From the NCBI RefSeq assembly GCF_009914755.1, contig NC_060930.1: 64,000 nucleotides of DNA, one strand, 5' to 3'. Below, piece by piece: positions 41,647 to 55,219 of the stretch (positions within the stretch are counted from its first letter, which is position 1; the number at the start of each line of letters is the position of its first letter). The position numbers and the translations under genes were made by a program. The notes beneath the pieces are model-generated. The model did no database searches. It was not told the origin of the DNA and saw nothing but the letters and a program-made list of their open reading frames with translations. Origin of the DNA: the human T2T-CHM13v2.0 reference genome, Homo sapiens.

Positions 41647-43626
41647 TTTGTTTATTTTTATTCAGCTTACATGTTCAAACATCATAGCATAACTTTTCTC
41701 AATAATTTCTATTTAAACTAAAAATTTTCCAGTGTTTTCTGAAAATGTTTGTTGTTTGTGTTATGAAAAGCTTGGGATAAATATGAAATACATAACATTT
41801 TAAAAAAATATATCATGCTAATATCCTATGTCTTTCTTTACAGAGTACTGTCAATTTTTGCTGTTTAAATTTTTAAAAAGTTCTAGTAATTGCACATTTT
41901 GTTTTGTGTGTTTATGTATATATGCACAACTGATATATTTGTGTTCTTTTAATTGAGATCCTAAGTGTTGTTAGCAACAAATACCTTCATTTTGAAGATT
42001 AGTTGTGAAGCATTTGACAGTAGTAACACAGTATTTTGTTTTTGACATTAAAACGTAAGTCAGTTTTAACATTTTTCTCTCCATTTGAGAGAATTTTGAT
42101 ATAAAATGGAGTATAACATTTTCTGCAATGTTCAGGCAATGAAAAATCAAAATCGTTTATTTGCTGCAGAGTGTATTTTGCAAGAAACATTCTCACACTG
42201 TCAGAAAGTTCACATGGACTGTTTTCTAGGATCATCATCTAATAAACAGTAAAGTTCCAGAGGTTCTGTCTTTCTCATTCAACTTATAATGCATGAATGT
42301 CATTTTTTTTGCATCTTTTAAAGGGAAATGCAGAGATGCATTTGATGTTTTTGGGTTGTGATTTTGATATGAATATCTTTTCAAATCTTCTTTGTTTTGA
42401 TAAGTAATTAAATCTTCATTTGATAAGAAATATTCATATTTTAAAATGTGAATTATTGAATTTTCTTAGTTGCAGGAATTTCATCAGGGGCATACAAGTC
42501 TTGGATTTGACTGGGACAATTTCTTGTACATTTCCATTGTTTTTGACAGTAAGTAAAACCTCAGTGTATATAGAATTTGTAATATCTTATTCATAAATCT
42601 TATGTAGATTATGCTTAACATACATTTGTTCAATTTAGTTGTGAGTTTAAACAATTTAAGAAAACATCCTCTTTGAAGATTATTTCTTCTTTCTATTTTG
42701 GGGTTACTTTTACATTTTCTACTTCTTTTGTGATTTTGACTGTAGTCATTCCTAAGGATCTAAAAGATTAAAAAATTAAATGTAATTTTACCACGTGTTC
42801 ATTCAAAATTGCAACTTAGAATATATATACAATTTTAAAAATTAAATAGTTTTCCAAAGGAAGTGTTTTCTTCTAAAATATTTAAAATCATTTCTTACAA
42901 TTAAGCAGTAAAACACAAATTGTAATTGATGGATTGTATAATTTTATTCAAAATTAGTTAAATCAAGCTGAATTTTAAAATTTTTATAATTTTAATAAAA
43001 TTTTGTTGTTTCATAAAAACAATACTGTTTGTAATTTTACCATTTAATGTCCAACTAGTTGACAATGAAAAGAATTAACACTATGTTTAAGTGATATTAT
43101 AGACCTATATATATACAAATTTCAAAGCAATCTGAATTGCTTAACATTCCAAAATGTTTCTCAGCTGCTACATGTTAACTATTATGAATGCCACCCTAAA
43201 ATCATAAGTGCCTCTGGAGCTGCAAATGGTAACAAGAAGAGAAATAAATGAATAGATGTTTAGCGCTATTGGGAAACAGACTTTCATTATAAGGGAATCT
43301 ATTCCATTTATGGTATCTGATAACATGGATTTTACAAGTTAATTTATTTGCCTTTATTCTTTTCTATGTGCAAGAGCTACTCAAATCTCCCCTGCACTCT
43401 AAAGCACTGTTTGCCTCAAGCATCCACAGCAGCACAATCCAGAAAGTCTCATGGAACCCAAATGTGGTTGCCTTGTACTTAAGAGCCTAAGACAAGATAC
43501 ATAGAGAAATGTTTCCCTGAGGATTTAGAATTACCGCTTGTTTTGCACCAAGAACTACATGCAGAATCCCAGTGATAAAGAGACCCATCTGTTTTTTAAT
43601 ACCTTTTTTTTCATAGTTTTGTCATA

Positions 43627-43681
43627 CCCAGGGCCCTCTGAAGTGTGGAGCCCAGGGCCCTCTGAAGTGTGGAGCCCAGGG
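43627..43681. repeat. Perfect 24-bp tandem duplication
   Basis: cccagggccctctgaagtgtggag x2 plus cccaggg. Confidence 0.95.
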
Positions 43682-43972
43682 CAGGGACCAGCCTTGCCTG
43701 AGTCTGAAAGAAAATATTGGCTGGGTCATTTGGATTTTTCTTCTTATGATTTTGGAATTTAGAACTAAGGTTGCTGGGAGCTGAGCCATGTTCATGGCAG
43801 AGGAACGGAACTTCCCTTTGTGGAAGTTCCTGGATCTTCCAGAGCCTGGGGAGTTTTCCTCTTCCTTGGATTCCAGGAGATATGTTAATATTCTTTTAAT
43901 AAATGCCTTTTTTGTGTAGAAATGCTTGTTTGGTTTCTGATAGTTGTAACCTAAAGAATCTTTAGTAAGCCA
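43682..43972 (+). mobile_element. Old MaLR (MLT1-like) LTR fragment
   Basis: aataaatgcctttt...ggtttctgatagttgtaacctaaagaatc, a typical MLT1 3' end. Confidence 0.5.
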
Positions 43973-44839
43973 TTGGTCTGCTGTGGGGAGCGTCGAGATG
44001 AAACTGGAACGTTGTTTGAACCTAGATCATAAAGTGACTCCAACATCTTCATACCAGGGGTAGGAAACATGCTTGGGAAACATACTGTCTCTTTAGCTTG
44101 TCAAATTACCTTAGAATAATTGTATAAAGGTCTCTATTCAGCACTTTCCATTGTTTCACATATGATTATATGATGTCATTGGATGAGGAGGATTTTCCTT
44201 TCAATAGGCGGCTTTGGGTGTGGGCTGTGTGTCAGGGAAATAGGAGCTGTAATTGTCTCCTCTTATTGTTCTATCAGACTCTCTCAGCTTCTAGCAGGTA
44301 GGGGAGGACTGAGATTTTAGATACTAATTTATCTCAATCTTGTTCGAATCAAGTCTTTCTTGTTTCAGAGAGGAGGAAGCTGTGCTGTGAAGGATCCTTT
44401 TTCATCATGATTATTGCATCCACAGAAGCAGTGATAAATTCTAACAGATAATGCAACTCAGTCTACTTGGATGTTCACACCTGAGACTGGAGAAGACCTG
44501 CTGCCTTCTGCAGAGCCAAACATTCCTCACATGCTCCTCCACAATGCTGTGAGCCATATTTATTCATTTAAAAGCTAGTACCTCGCTATTTCTTGTACAT
44601 TAATTCTTTTAAAACGTTTACAAAACAAACTAAATTTAAAGAGGAAATTATTTACTGATAGAACTAATAGCCTGAAAATAGTTGCCCAACATAGCATCGC
44701 ACATAGCAACAGGAAGTAGTTTATATACTAGGAAGTCTCTTTAAAATGTGCTTGGATATTGCCAAAATTCTCTGCCTTATAAACTAAGGAGTTCTTTTTT
44801 TTATTTTTTAGAGTTAATGCAGCAAGAATAGTCTTATAT

Positions 44840-44968
44840 AGACTATAAACTCCTGGTACACTGTGTCTACATTGCTCACTGCAGTATCCCAACATCTAAG
44901 ACCATGGTCTTAGATGTCTGGTACAGGACTGGTGCTCAGTATGCATTGAATGAATAAATGAATGAATA
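44840..44968 (+). mobile_element. L2 3' end
   Basis: gactataaactcc...tgctcactgcagtatccc...tgaatgaataaatgaatgaat. Confidence 0.7.
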
Positions 44969-45867
44969 TAGCAAAGCATTCCATGATGTTCTCTTGAATT
45001 CATTTATTCTTTGGAATTTGGTTATTTTTTTTTGTTTTTTGGTGCAGTGGTTATGTACTACTAGGGGTATGATATGGGTTCTTCAATAAATCTCTTCAAA
45101 TTATAATAAAGATTTAGCGCTAACCTTCTGCTCACTATCTCCCTCTAAGTACTACAGATGGATGTGATTAGCATGCAATTTATCATCTTGATGGAATTCA
45201 TGTCTTACAGGCCTATGGCTTTCAAAATTGAAGTATCTAGATTTATGTTATTTTGTCAAATAGGAAATGGTTTTACTCTATTGAGATTCCTACACTTAAA
45301 AATTTATATAGACCTTAAAAAAATCCTAAAGAAGAGTTTGAAAAGTATGGTTAGGCATTCTTCTAGCCATATAGACTATAGAGGAGAATAAGTTTAAGGA
45401 AATCATCAAGTAAAGTCAAGAACATAGTAAAAATGGTAACATACCACCTTCATGTAAGATAAAACCAGATAAGATTTTAAAAAGAAGCGTTTATGCTATG
45501 CTTAGGAAGCCAATCCTGTTGAAAAAACTGATATTGCAGCCATATCTGTCTGTGAGTAGTTGTAACAATGCTGTAGGTAACATTTCTGAGAGCATGATAC
45601 AGTGTAGGGGGAATCGATCTGTGGTCTTGGGGTCCTTGGGGAAAAGGGTATATGAAGAGTTCTTCCAAAGTGGCCTCTAAATCCACCTGTGTAGTAAACA
45701 GTGTCTGACAACTAAATAAATAATTTCCATGTGTACTTACGGCTGTGTTTTAAATGGATGCAAGGGCTGGAGTGATAACTACAGTTCAATTTGTGAAAAG
45801 ATTTATAGATTTTGTAGCACTTGCAGATTTTATGGACTTTCTCTGCAATTAAATATTTATAGTTCAG

Positions 45868-46235
45868 TGCTATGGTTTGAGTGTGTTTTCCAAAAGTTCA
45901 TGTGTTAGAACCTTGGTCCTCAGGATGGCAGTGTCGGCAGGTGGGGCCTAGTTGACGGTGTTTGGTCATGGGGGCTCTGCCCTTATGAAGAGATTAACGC
46001 AGTTCTCATGGAACTTGGTTAGTTCTTAAAGAGTGGGTTGTAAAGCAGGTTGGCACACTGTCTCCCCTCTCCTGCTTCTCCACAATGCTATGAAGCAGCA
46101 CAAGGCCCTCACCAGATGCAACCCCACAATCTTGGACTTCCCAGACTCCAGAATCATGAGCTAAATCAACTTCTTTCCTTTCAAGTTATCCAGTTTCAGG
46201 TGTTCTATTATAGCAATAAAAAACAAACTAAGACA
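45868..46235 (+). mobile_element. MST (MSTC/D-like) MaLR solo LTR
   Basis: tgctatggtttgagtgtg...aaactaagaca; 5-bp TSD ttcag (45863-45867 / 46236-46240). Confidence 0.9.
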
Positions 46236-48088
46236 TTCAGCTAGCACAGAAGGGTCAGCCTGCTGAAATGCATTGGGAGCAAGTGCAATGAAACTGAAAG
46301 ATGGTCAGGGAAGTCCGCCTCCCTCTGGCTCCATCAACTCAGAATAAGCAAGAATGTTTGATACCACTAGGATAATATTTATTGGGCATGTGTAGCGTAT
46401 ACTATTAAAAGGCTCATAATTTTGAACCTTTGAGAGAATTTTGGCAAGATCTGGGCTGAAGCTTATCTTTGCCCTCTTTATGACGTTTTGAAAATTAAAA
46501 ATGTGTTACCATTGAAGTAGATAAATTTAAGAAAAATAATGACTACATTACAGCATACGATTAATAACTAATTATAGGTCATTTTATTGAAACAATACAT
46601 TCTATTAGGAGGTATTTTGTTTTACTAGATCAAGTTATCATATGCACTAAGTAAAAGATATATTGCAAAAATACTTTGTAAACTCTGAAGTACTAAAAAT
46701 GCTGAGGTTACATACTTACAAGCAATAAAATTAGTTATATTTTAAAATACTTTAATAATTGTAAAAATAAAAAATCAATAGCTTTCATATACACAAAAAT
46801 AACCAGTTAGAAAATATAAAGCAAAAAAACCCATTTATAATAGCAATAGGAAAAATAAAATATTTAGGAATAAGCTTAAAAAGTGTTCAAAGCCTAAATG
46901 AAGAAAATTATAAACATTCCTGAAAGACACAAAGGTAGAGGTGACCTAACAGAAATACATCTTGAGGTCTTGGTTAGGATGTCTCAATGGTATTTGGATG
47001 TCAGTTTTCTCAAAGGTAATTCATAAATTTGATAAAATTCCAATAAAACAGAAATCCCTTTTCTTTCTGTAGCTAGCCAAATTAATACTAAAGTTCATAT
47101 GGAGAAATAAACATGGTAGGGAAATACTGAAAAGGAATAAATATAGCGTGTCGATGGGGGGGTGAGGTGAAGTAACAGAGACCAGCCATACTCACATTAA
47201 AACATACTATAAAGTCTCTGCTTTAAGAACAGTGTGGTACTGGCACATGAACAGATAGAACAGAATAGAAAGTCCAGAAACCGACCCAACAACATATGGA
47301 AATCTAGACTATGACAGAGGTGGTATTATCTCAAATCTTAGGGAACAAATGGGCTTTTAAACAAAGATGGTGGGGCAACTGGACAGACAGTTGAGGAAAA
47401 GATAAAATTATGTCCACTTCTCACACACATAAGAATACGTGCTAAATGGATTCAAGGTCTAAATGTAACTATACAAGTGCCAGAATGAAACCGAAATGAA
47501 TCTCTCTAAAATTTGATTGTAGGTAGATTTCTGACTATACCTCAAAAGCCACAGGAAAGAGAAGAAATGCTTAACAGATCTGACTACAAAAAAAGCAAGT
47601 GGCAAAAACAATAAACAAAGTTAAAAGACAAATAACAAATTGGAAGAAAATATTTTAAGTATTTAATCACAGATACAGAGTTAATATCCCTATTATGTAA
47701 GAATTTGTAAAATTGAGGAAACACTGACAGTACTATCTTAAAGTGGGCACAAGACATGAAAATTTCCCAAAAAGAGATATAAACATGGCCCTTAAACATA
47801 GAAAAACATGTACAATTTCACTCGTGAAATTAAAATTGAAACTACACAGAGACTCTTCTCATTCACCAGATTAGCAACTATTCAAAAGCTTGATAATACA
47901 TTCCATTGAAGAGACTCTAGGGAAATACACACTCTCAAACACTGATCATGGAAATGCAAAATGGTATAGCCTCATGAAGGGGGATTTGTCAATATCTAAC
48001 AAAACCACACAGACATTTACTCTTCAATTAAGGAGTCCTAATTCCAGGAATATATCATGAAGATACATCTTCAAAATACCAAAATATG

Positions 48089-48380
48089 GGTCAGTTGTAG
48101 TGGCTCATGCCTGTAACCCCAGCAATTTGGTAGACTGAGGCAGGCAGTTACAGACCAGCCCGGCCAACATGGCAAAAACCCATCTCTACTAAGAATACAA
48201 AAAAATTTAGCCAGGCGTGGTAGCATGTTCCTGTAATCCCAGCTACGCAGGAGGCTGAGGCACGAGAATTGTTTGAACCTGGGAGGTGGAAGTTACAGTG
48301 AGCCAAGATTGCGCCACTGCACTTCAGCCTGGAAGATAGAGCCAGACTCTGTCAAAAAAAAAAAAAAAAAAAAAAAAAAA
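48089..48380 (+). mobile_element. AluS with a small left-arm deletion
   Basis: gtagtggctcatgcctgtaacccc...poly-A. Confidence 0.93.
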
Positions 48381-49492
48381 GGAAGTACATACATACAAGG
48401 TTCTTAACTGCAGCATTATTTGTAATAGCAAAATATTGGGAACTATCTGAATACCTTGGAGTACTTCACACAACAGAGTACTACACAATTTCACTAAAAA
48501 GTATTTCTATGAACTTCAGGAGATAAGTTTTTTTTTAAAGCCAATTGTAGAAGAGCATCTACAATATGCTACCTTTTGTGTAAGCAAGGAGAAATAAGAA
48601 AATACACAAGTCTGCTCTTTTTTGGAAAAAGAAACACAGGAAAAATAAACCAGAAGACAATGAAATCACTTACCTACAAAAGGTGAGGGAAAATCAGACA
48701 GAAGTGATAGAGAAGGCAGTGATACTTCTCTGCATAAACCTCTACGAAATGGATAACATTACTACATTGAAGTGGGGGTTGCAGGGGCAAAGAACTAATT
48801 CAGGTAACTTTAAAGACAACACTTTGATAATATACTTTTACTCTAGGGAAAAAAATAAAGAACTTCAAATGCATCTTAATTTCTTTTTACTTGATTTGAT
48901 TTGATATGCATGGTGATTTGGGTATAGCAATTCTGAAACGATTTTATGTGTGTTTTAGAACTGGGAAAATGAGTCAGTGTTCTGATGCTGTTGAAAGGCA
49001 GAATTCTCATTGTGGAAGAAGGGAGATTCAAAGATGGAGTGGGTGGGGGGAAGGCAAAAAAGAAACTCGTGGAGTGGGATTGATATTGAAAGTATCAGTA
49101 TAACTGCAGAATTTCTATGACATGTATAGACAAGCCTTTGTGTGTGTGTATGTGTGTATGCATCTCTGTGTGTGTAGCTTTCTTAGCTCTATCCTCAAAA
49201 AGGGCCTGGAGGCAGACCCCCTCAGTAACAATGAAAACATCTAGTGCTAAGATTTTGGTTTCTAAATACCATTCCCCATGATAAGTAAAGAGAGGTCCTT
49301 TGAGAAATGGCTGATTCCTGCGCTGGAACAGGGATGCTACTTGATGGGTCTGAAATATCTTGTTGAACCAGAAAGCAAGAAAGTGTTGTTTTAAACAAAA
49401 ATTATGGGAGCATATCAAAAGGGAGCCAGCTTAAAGGGGATCCAACTTTCCAAGTCTGTGACAATCTGAGCATTAAAAGTATTAATAACAAA

Positions 49493-49779
49493 GGCCGAGT
49501 ATGGTGGCTCATGCCTGTAATCCCAGCACTTTGGGAGGCTGAGGTGGGCAGATCACAAGGTCAGGAGTTCGAGACCAGCCTGGCCAAAGTGGTGAAACCC
49601 CGTCTCTACTAAAAAATACAAAAATTAGCTGGGTATGGTGGTAAGCGCCTGTAATCCCAGCTATTCAGGAGGCTGAGGCAGGAGAATCACTTGAAACCAG
49701 AAGGTGGAGGTTGAAGTGAGCCAAGATTGTGCCAGTGCACTGTAGCCTGGGGGAAGAAATGAAACTCCTTCTCAAAAAA
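49493..49779 (+). mobile_element. AluSg-like element
   Basis: ggccgagtatggtggctca...; TSD aaaagtattaataacaaa / aaaagcattaataagaaa. Confidence 0.94.
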
Positions 49780-49852
49780 AAAAGCATTAATAAGAAAAAT
49801 GAAGTATAACCCATGGATAAAATTGGAATCTATATATTCATACTAATAATAG

Positions 49853-49956
49853 GGAAGAAGGGAGAGAGGAAGAGAGGCAAAGAGGAGAGAAGTGAGAGAG
49901 GGGAGAGAAGAAAGAGGAAAGGGAGAGAGAGAGAGAGGAAAGGGGAGGGAGAGAGA
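49853..49956. repeat. GA-rich polypurine tract
   Basis: gggaagaagggagagaggaagagagg...gagagaga. Confidence 0.85.
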
Positions 49957-50585
49957 CATTTCTTATAGAACAAAAGAACACCTACCAATAAATGTGGAGA
50001 GAGTGGGTAAACATGTAATATCAACAGTTTACAGCCATTATAGCAAACTTGAATTAGAGCAAGAATCAAGTTTAGGAAGAAAAGTGTGATGAGGAGTAGA
50101 ATATTTGCATGGGCTTAAAGTGTCTTTCAACATATTGCTTACTAGTTGCAAGGGAGAAAATAGAAATTCTATAGTGAAGAAAATGAACAAGAGTTTGATC
50201 AGGTGATCAAAATTAATATAATGAATGAATGAGGAGCAGATGGATATTTTATGCCTGGGATACCTGAGGAGGACACAGAATTGTTTATGTAGTTTTGTGG
50301 CCAGGGAGGAAACATCAGCAAACCCAAATGGAGAAACATTCCATAAAACTACTGGCTTTTGCCATGAAAGGCAAAGGAAAGACTAAGGAACTGATCTAGG
50401 TTAAAAGAGACTAAAGAAACAGACAACTAAATGTAATCCATGGTCCTGTACTGGCTTCTGGACTGGAAAGGGTAAAAAAGTTATAGAGAACATTACTGAG
50501 ATAATTGGAAAAAATATACATAAAACTATTGCATCAAAGTGTCCTGAATTTGATAACTGTACTATGGTTATGTAAGAGAATGCCA

Positions 50586-50889
50586 GGCTGGGCACAGTGG
50601 CTCACGCCTGTAATCCCAGCACTTTGTGAGGCCGAGGTGGGTGGATCATGAGGTCAAGAGTTCAAGACCAGCCTGACCAACATGGTGAAACCCCATCTCT
50701 ACTAAAAATACAAAAATTATCTGGGCGTGGTGGCACACACCTGTAATCCCAGCTACTCAGGAGGCTGAGGCAGGAGAATTGCTTGAACCTGGGAGACTGA
50801 GGTTGCAATGAGCCAAGATCACAGCACTGTACTCCAGCCTAGGTGACAGAGTGAAATTCTGTCTCAAAAATAAATAAATAAATAAAGAA
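50586..50889 (+). mobile_element. AluS element with a (TAAA)n tail
   Basis: ggctgggcacagtggctcacgcctgtaatccc...aaataaataaataaa. Confidence 0.95.
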
Positions 50890-52178
50890 TAAAGAATGTC
50901 CTTAGTCTTAGGCAATAATTAGAAAATATTAAGAGGTAAAAGAAAGTGTAAAAGGCTTACCCCTCAAATGATTCAAAAAATATAAAAGAGTACAGACATG
51001 GGCAAACAGAAAAACAATGATTTTTAAATTGTGGTTAAAATGCTAAAAATTTTAGAAATCTGGGTAAAGGATATATGAATATTTTATGTATTGTATAAAA
51101 AATTTTGTAAGTTTGAAATTATTGCAAGAAGTTTTTCTAAACATATGATTAAAAGATTTAAAAAATTCTGACTGCTCTTCACCCAAATAGATTGAAATTA
51201 GTAAGAAATGGCTCTAATTTGTAGTACCCTGGGAGCCTGTGAAAATTTCTATAATGATACCCACCTAGTCTCTATGAGTGAATCACACGCCAGAAACATC
51301 TGCCCTGTGATTCTATGGAGATTTCTGACATCTATAAATTTGAAGGAGTATGTTTGAGAAGAAAAGCAGAAGTTTCCTGCTACTTAAGTCTAGAATGAAA
51401 CAGGATTCATAATCTCTATATTTCGGAGCTAATCAAGTGGCAATGTCAATGGGGGAAATCCAGGTCAACTTTAATTCCCATCATGACTAAGTGGCAGAAA
51501 GACTCAGAATACAATGACCTAGAACTGACCTCAGGGAGAAATCACAGTCAAATCAAGATCGCTAATTTCCAGGATTCTTGGTAAGGATGACTCAGCAATT
51601 CATAAATCTCAACATTTACAATAAACACAAACCTACGTCACATGTCTTTTACTCTCAAATAGGTAGTACAGTACCAAGCTGCTTCTCAGGACTACATATA
51701 GTGTTTATATATTCTTTAAAAAGATAAGTTCAGATAGAGACATAGTTTACCAAGTATAAAGGAAATGTATATAACCGTCTTAAATGTATTAGACATTAAA
51801 AATCTAGTATGCTCATTACCCACCTTGAATTTCTTAGCTCTGGAAGATAGCATATTCTTCAAAAGCTATCAGTTTCATTACCTAAGAAATAGAGACAATA
51901 TTGATTTTCTTCAAATGTGTTCAACCCTTTTGTTCAAAAAGTAGTCATGTTTTCATTTGAAAGAGAAATCCTAGAAACTGTGTGGTCTGATTGCTTATCC
52001 GTTGGTGTATTCTCATAGCATCTCTGGCTTCCCTGTTGATTTATAATACAGCATCATTCAAGGTAAAAAAGAAATTGCTACACTGTGAGTCAATTCATTG
52101 CAAATAAGGAATACAAGTTTCAGCTCTGATGTTGATTGTATGATTTAGAGCAAATAATTTATCTCTTTTGGCCTTAGG

Positions 52179-52493
52179 TTTGTTTGGTTGGTTGGTTGTT
52201 TTTGTTTGTTAGTTCTTTGAGACAGGGTCTCACCCAGTCACCCAATTTGGAGTGCAGTGGCGCAATCACGGCTCACTGCAGCCTTGACCTCCTGGCCCAA
52301 GTGATCTGCCACCTCAGCCTCCCAAGTAGCTGGGAGTACAGATGCATGCCAACGTGCCTGGCTATTTTTTTTTTATAGAGACAGTGTTTTGCCATCTTGC
52401 CCATGCTGGTCTCAAACTGCTGGGGTCAAGTGATCCACCCACCTTGGACTCTCAAAGTCCTAGGATTACAGGTGTGAGCCATAATGCCCAGCC
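52179..52493 (-). mobile_element. AluJ element
   Basis: gagacagggtctcac...cactgcagccttgacctcctgg; TSD-like ggccttag. Confidence 0.9.
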
Positions 52494-52931
52494 CAGGCCT
52501 TAGTGTTTTGTTTTTGTTTTTGTTTTTTATAAAGTAAAGCTTCACAAGAAGGGCAAGCAAAACAGTGAGGGTTCTAGAAACCATATGACTTAGAGAATGG
52601 TTACCAGAACTGGAGAGATGTCAAGTTTAGACTTGAGGGTTGGATTTGGCTTATGACAGCTGCCTTTCCATGGTGATGAAGGAGAAGAGTGAGACTTGGT
52701 ATATGGCTCAATGAGCAGGATGAAGCTGTGAGGTGGAAGCGCCAGCAAAGTGGATGGTAGAAAAAAGTTTAAAATGCTAGAGAATTTCCTAACAATTGAG
52801 CTGTGCTACAAGGAGGGAACTGTTTCAGGGGTCACTAGTGGAGCCAAAGGAGACCTTAGATAATTTGGAATAGCAAAAGTTCAGCATCACGCAAGATACT
52901 GAACTTCTAGATAACCAAAACACCCAATTCT

Positions 52932-54328
52932 TTTTATTTATTTATTTATTTGTTATACTTTAAGTTCTAGGATACATGTGCACAATGTGCAGGTTTGTTA
53001 CATATGTATACATGTGCCATGTCGGTTTGCTGCACCCATTATCTTGTCATTTACATTAGGTATTTCTCCTAATGCTATCCCTTCCCCCTCCCCCGACCCC
53101 ATGACAGGCCCCTGTGTGTGATGTTCCCCGCCCTGTTTCCAAGTGTTCTCATTGTTCAATTCCCACCTATGAGTGAGAACATGCGGTATTTAGTTTTCTG
53201 TCCTTGTGATAGTTTGCTCAGAGTAATGGTTTCCAGCTTCATCCATGTCCCTACAAAGGACACGAACTCATCCTTTTTTATGGCTACATAGTATTCCATG
53301 GTGTATATGTGCCACATTTTCTTAATCCAGTCTATCATTGATGGAAATTTGGGTTGGTTCCAAGTTTTTGCTTTTGTGAATAGTGCCACAATAAACATAT
53401 GTGTGCATGTGTCTTTATATTAAAATGATTTATAATCCTTTGGGTATATACCCAGTAATGGGATCGCTGGGTCAAATGGTATTTCTAGTTCTAGATCCTT
53501 GAGGAATTGCCACACTGTCTTCCACAATGGTTGAACTAGTTTACAGTCCTACTAACAGTGTAAAAGTGTTCCTATTTCTCCACATCCTCTCCAGCACCTG
53601 TTGTTTCCTGCCTTTTTAATGATCGCCATTCTAACTGGTGTGAGATGGTATCTCATTGTGGTTTTGATTCGCATTTCTCTGATGGCCAGTGATGATGAGC
53701 ATTTTTTCATGTGTCTGTTGGCTGCATAAACGTCTTCTTTTGAAAAGTGTCCGTTCCTATCCTTTGTCCACTTTTTGAGGGGGTTGTTTGATTTTTTCTT
53801 GTAAATTTGTTTAAGTTCTTTGTAGATTCTGGATATTAGCCCTTAGTCAGATGGGTAGATTGCAACAATTTTCTCCCATTCTGTAGGTTGCCTGTTCACT
53901 CTGATGGTAGTTTCTTTTGCTGTGCAGAAGCTCTTTAGTTTAATTAGATCTTATTTGTGTATTTTGGCTTTTGTTGCCATTGCTTTTGGTGTTTTAGTCA
54001 TGAAGTCCTTGCCCATGCCTATGTCCTGAATGGTATTACCTAGGTTTTCTTTTAGGGTTTTTATGATTTTAGGTCTAACATGTTAAGTCTTTAATCCATC
54101 TTGAATTAATTTTTGTATAAGGTGTAAGGAAGGGATCCAGTTTCAGCTTTCTACATATGACTAGCCAGTTTTCCCAGCACCATTTACTAAATAGGGAATC
54201 CTTTCCCCATTTCTTTTTTTTGTCCTGTTTGTCAAAGATCAGATGGTTGTAGATGTGTGGTGTTATTTCTGAGGCTTCTGTTCTGTTCCATTGATCTATA
54301 TCTCTGTTTTGGTACCAGTAGCAGGCTG
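52932..54328 (-). mobile_element. Younger L1PA (roughly L1PA4-6), 5'-truncated
   Basis: ORF2 [30 protein letters not shown]; 17-bp TSD ccaaaacacccaattct / cccaaacacccaattct. Confidence 0.96.
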
Positions 54329-54889
54329 CCCAAACACCCAATTCTAAGTTAAGGTGATTCTTCATCTAATTTGGCCTAAGATTGAATTAGCCTGTTTAAG
54401 AAATTAAAGCAAGTTCTTGACTCATATTCAGCTTGGGATCGGTTAAAGCCCCTAGATCTTTTTCACGAGAATGCCTGCATAGTCAGACTTCCCAAACCTG
54501 TACTTGAACAGCAAGTTCTTTATTTTTATGGGTGATGTAAACGTGGAAAGTCTCAGCATAGATAATTGTCAGCACATGAAATTTCAGCAACTGAATAGAC
54601 AAATTAGATACCATGCACCAGTGAGTCAACAACTAATTATATTTGTTAAGCTGGTAAAACATTCTGACTTCTTGAGGTGTCTAATCTAGGCTTGCCTACT
54701 CTTTTAGGGGATCTTTTAAAACTGTTTCTATGCTGGTATATAATCTCATATTCCTCCTACTGTTATTTTATTAAGTACCTCATTTTATTTTTATTTTCTA
54801 CATGGTTCAGCCTAGTTGTTTCTATTAAAGCCAAGATAACTTCAATTGCTCAACAACAAGGTGAACTTGAACTGCTGAGCATGATCAAT

Positions 54890-55170
54890 CTCATCAAATT
54901 GGCAAATGCTTATTGAGGGTCTATCTATCACATGCTGTGCTTGATGCAGTGAGAAATATGAAAGTATGGAATTGTGGCTTTAAATAATGTGTAATCTACT
55001 TGAGGGCTCTGGGAGTATAACTCACAATGCAATCAGTCTGTGATGAGTTAAGTGAGTGGAGGGGATAATAAGCACTTACAGGAATTGAAAAGATACCATC
55101 TCTTGGAGTGATGTGATCAGGGAAGTTTTTATAGAAATAGTAAAATTTGAAGGATGTTCAGAAAATGACA
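54890..55170 (-). mobile_element. L2 fragment
   Basis: caaatgcttattgagggtcta...atcagggaagtttttatagaaatagtaaaatttga. Confidence 0.55.
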
Positions 55171-55175
55171 AGGTC

Positions 55176-55219
55176 TTTTTGTTTTGTTTTGTTTGTTTTG
55201 TTTTGTTTTGTTTTGTTTT
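55176..55219. repeat. (TTTTG)n repeat
   Basis: ttttgttttgtttt... run. Confidence 0.9.

Larger units (their letters stand above)
46760..51140 (+). mobile_element. Old L1 (L1MC/L1MD-type): ORF2 end and long 3'UTR, with three Alu insertions
   Basis: acagtgtggtactggcacatgaacagatagaacagaatagaaagtccagaaa (ORF2); 3'UTR gattttggtttctaaataccattcc; ends gtaagtttgaaattatt. Confidence 0.8.

Noticed and set aside
41999-42238. Cys-rich ORF first considered piggyBac- or Ulp1-like
   Set aside because: Fits the TTF-type Zn finger of the hAT transposase, given the collinear downstream hAT motifs
44372-44450. Good splice acceptor (tctttcttgtttcag)
   Set aside because: No convincing paired donor or reading frame; cannot support an exon without transcript data
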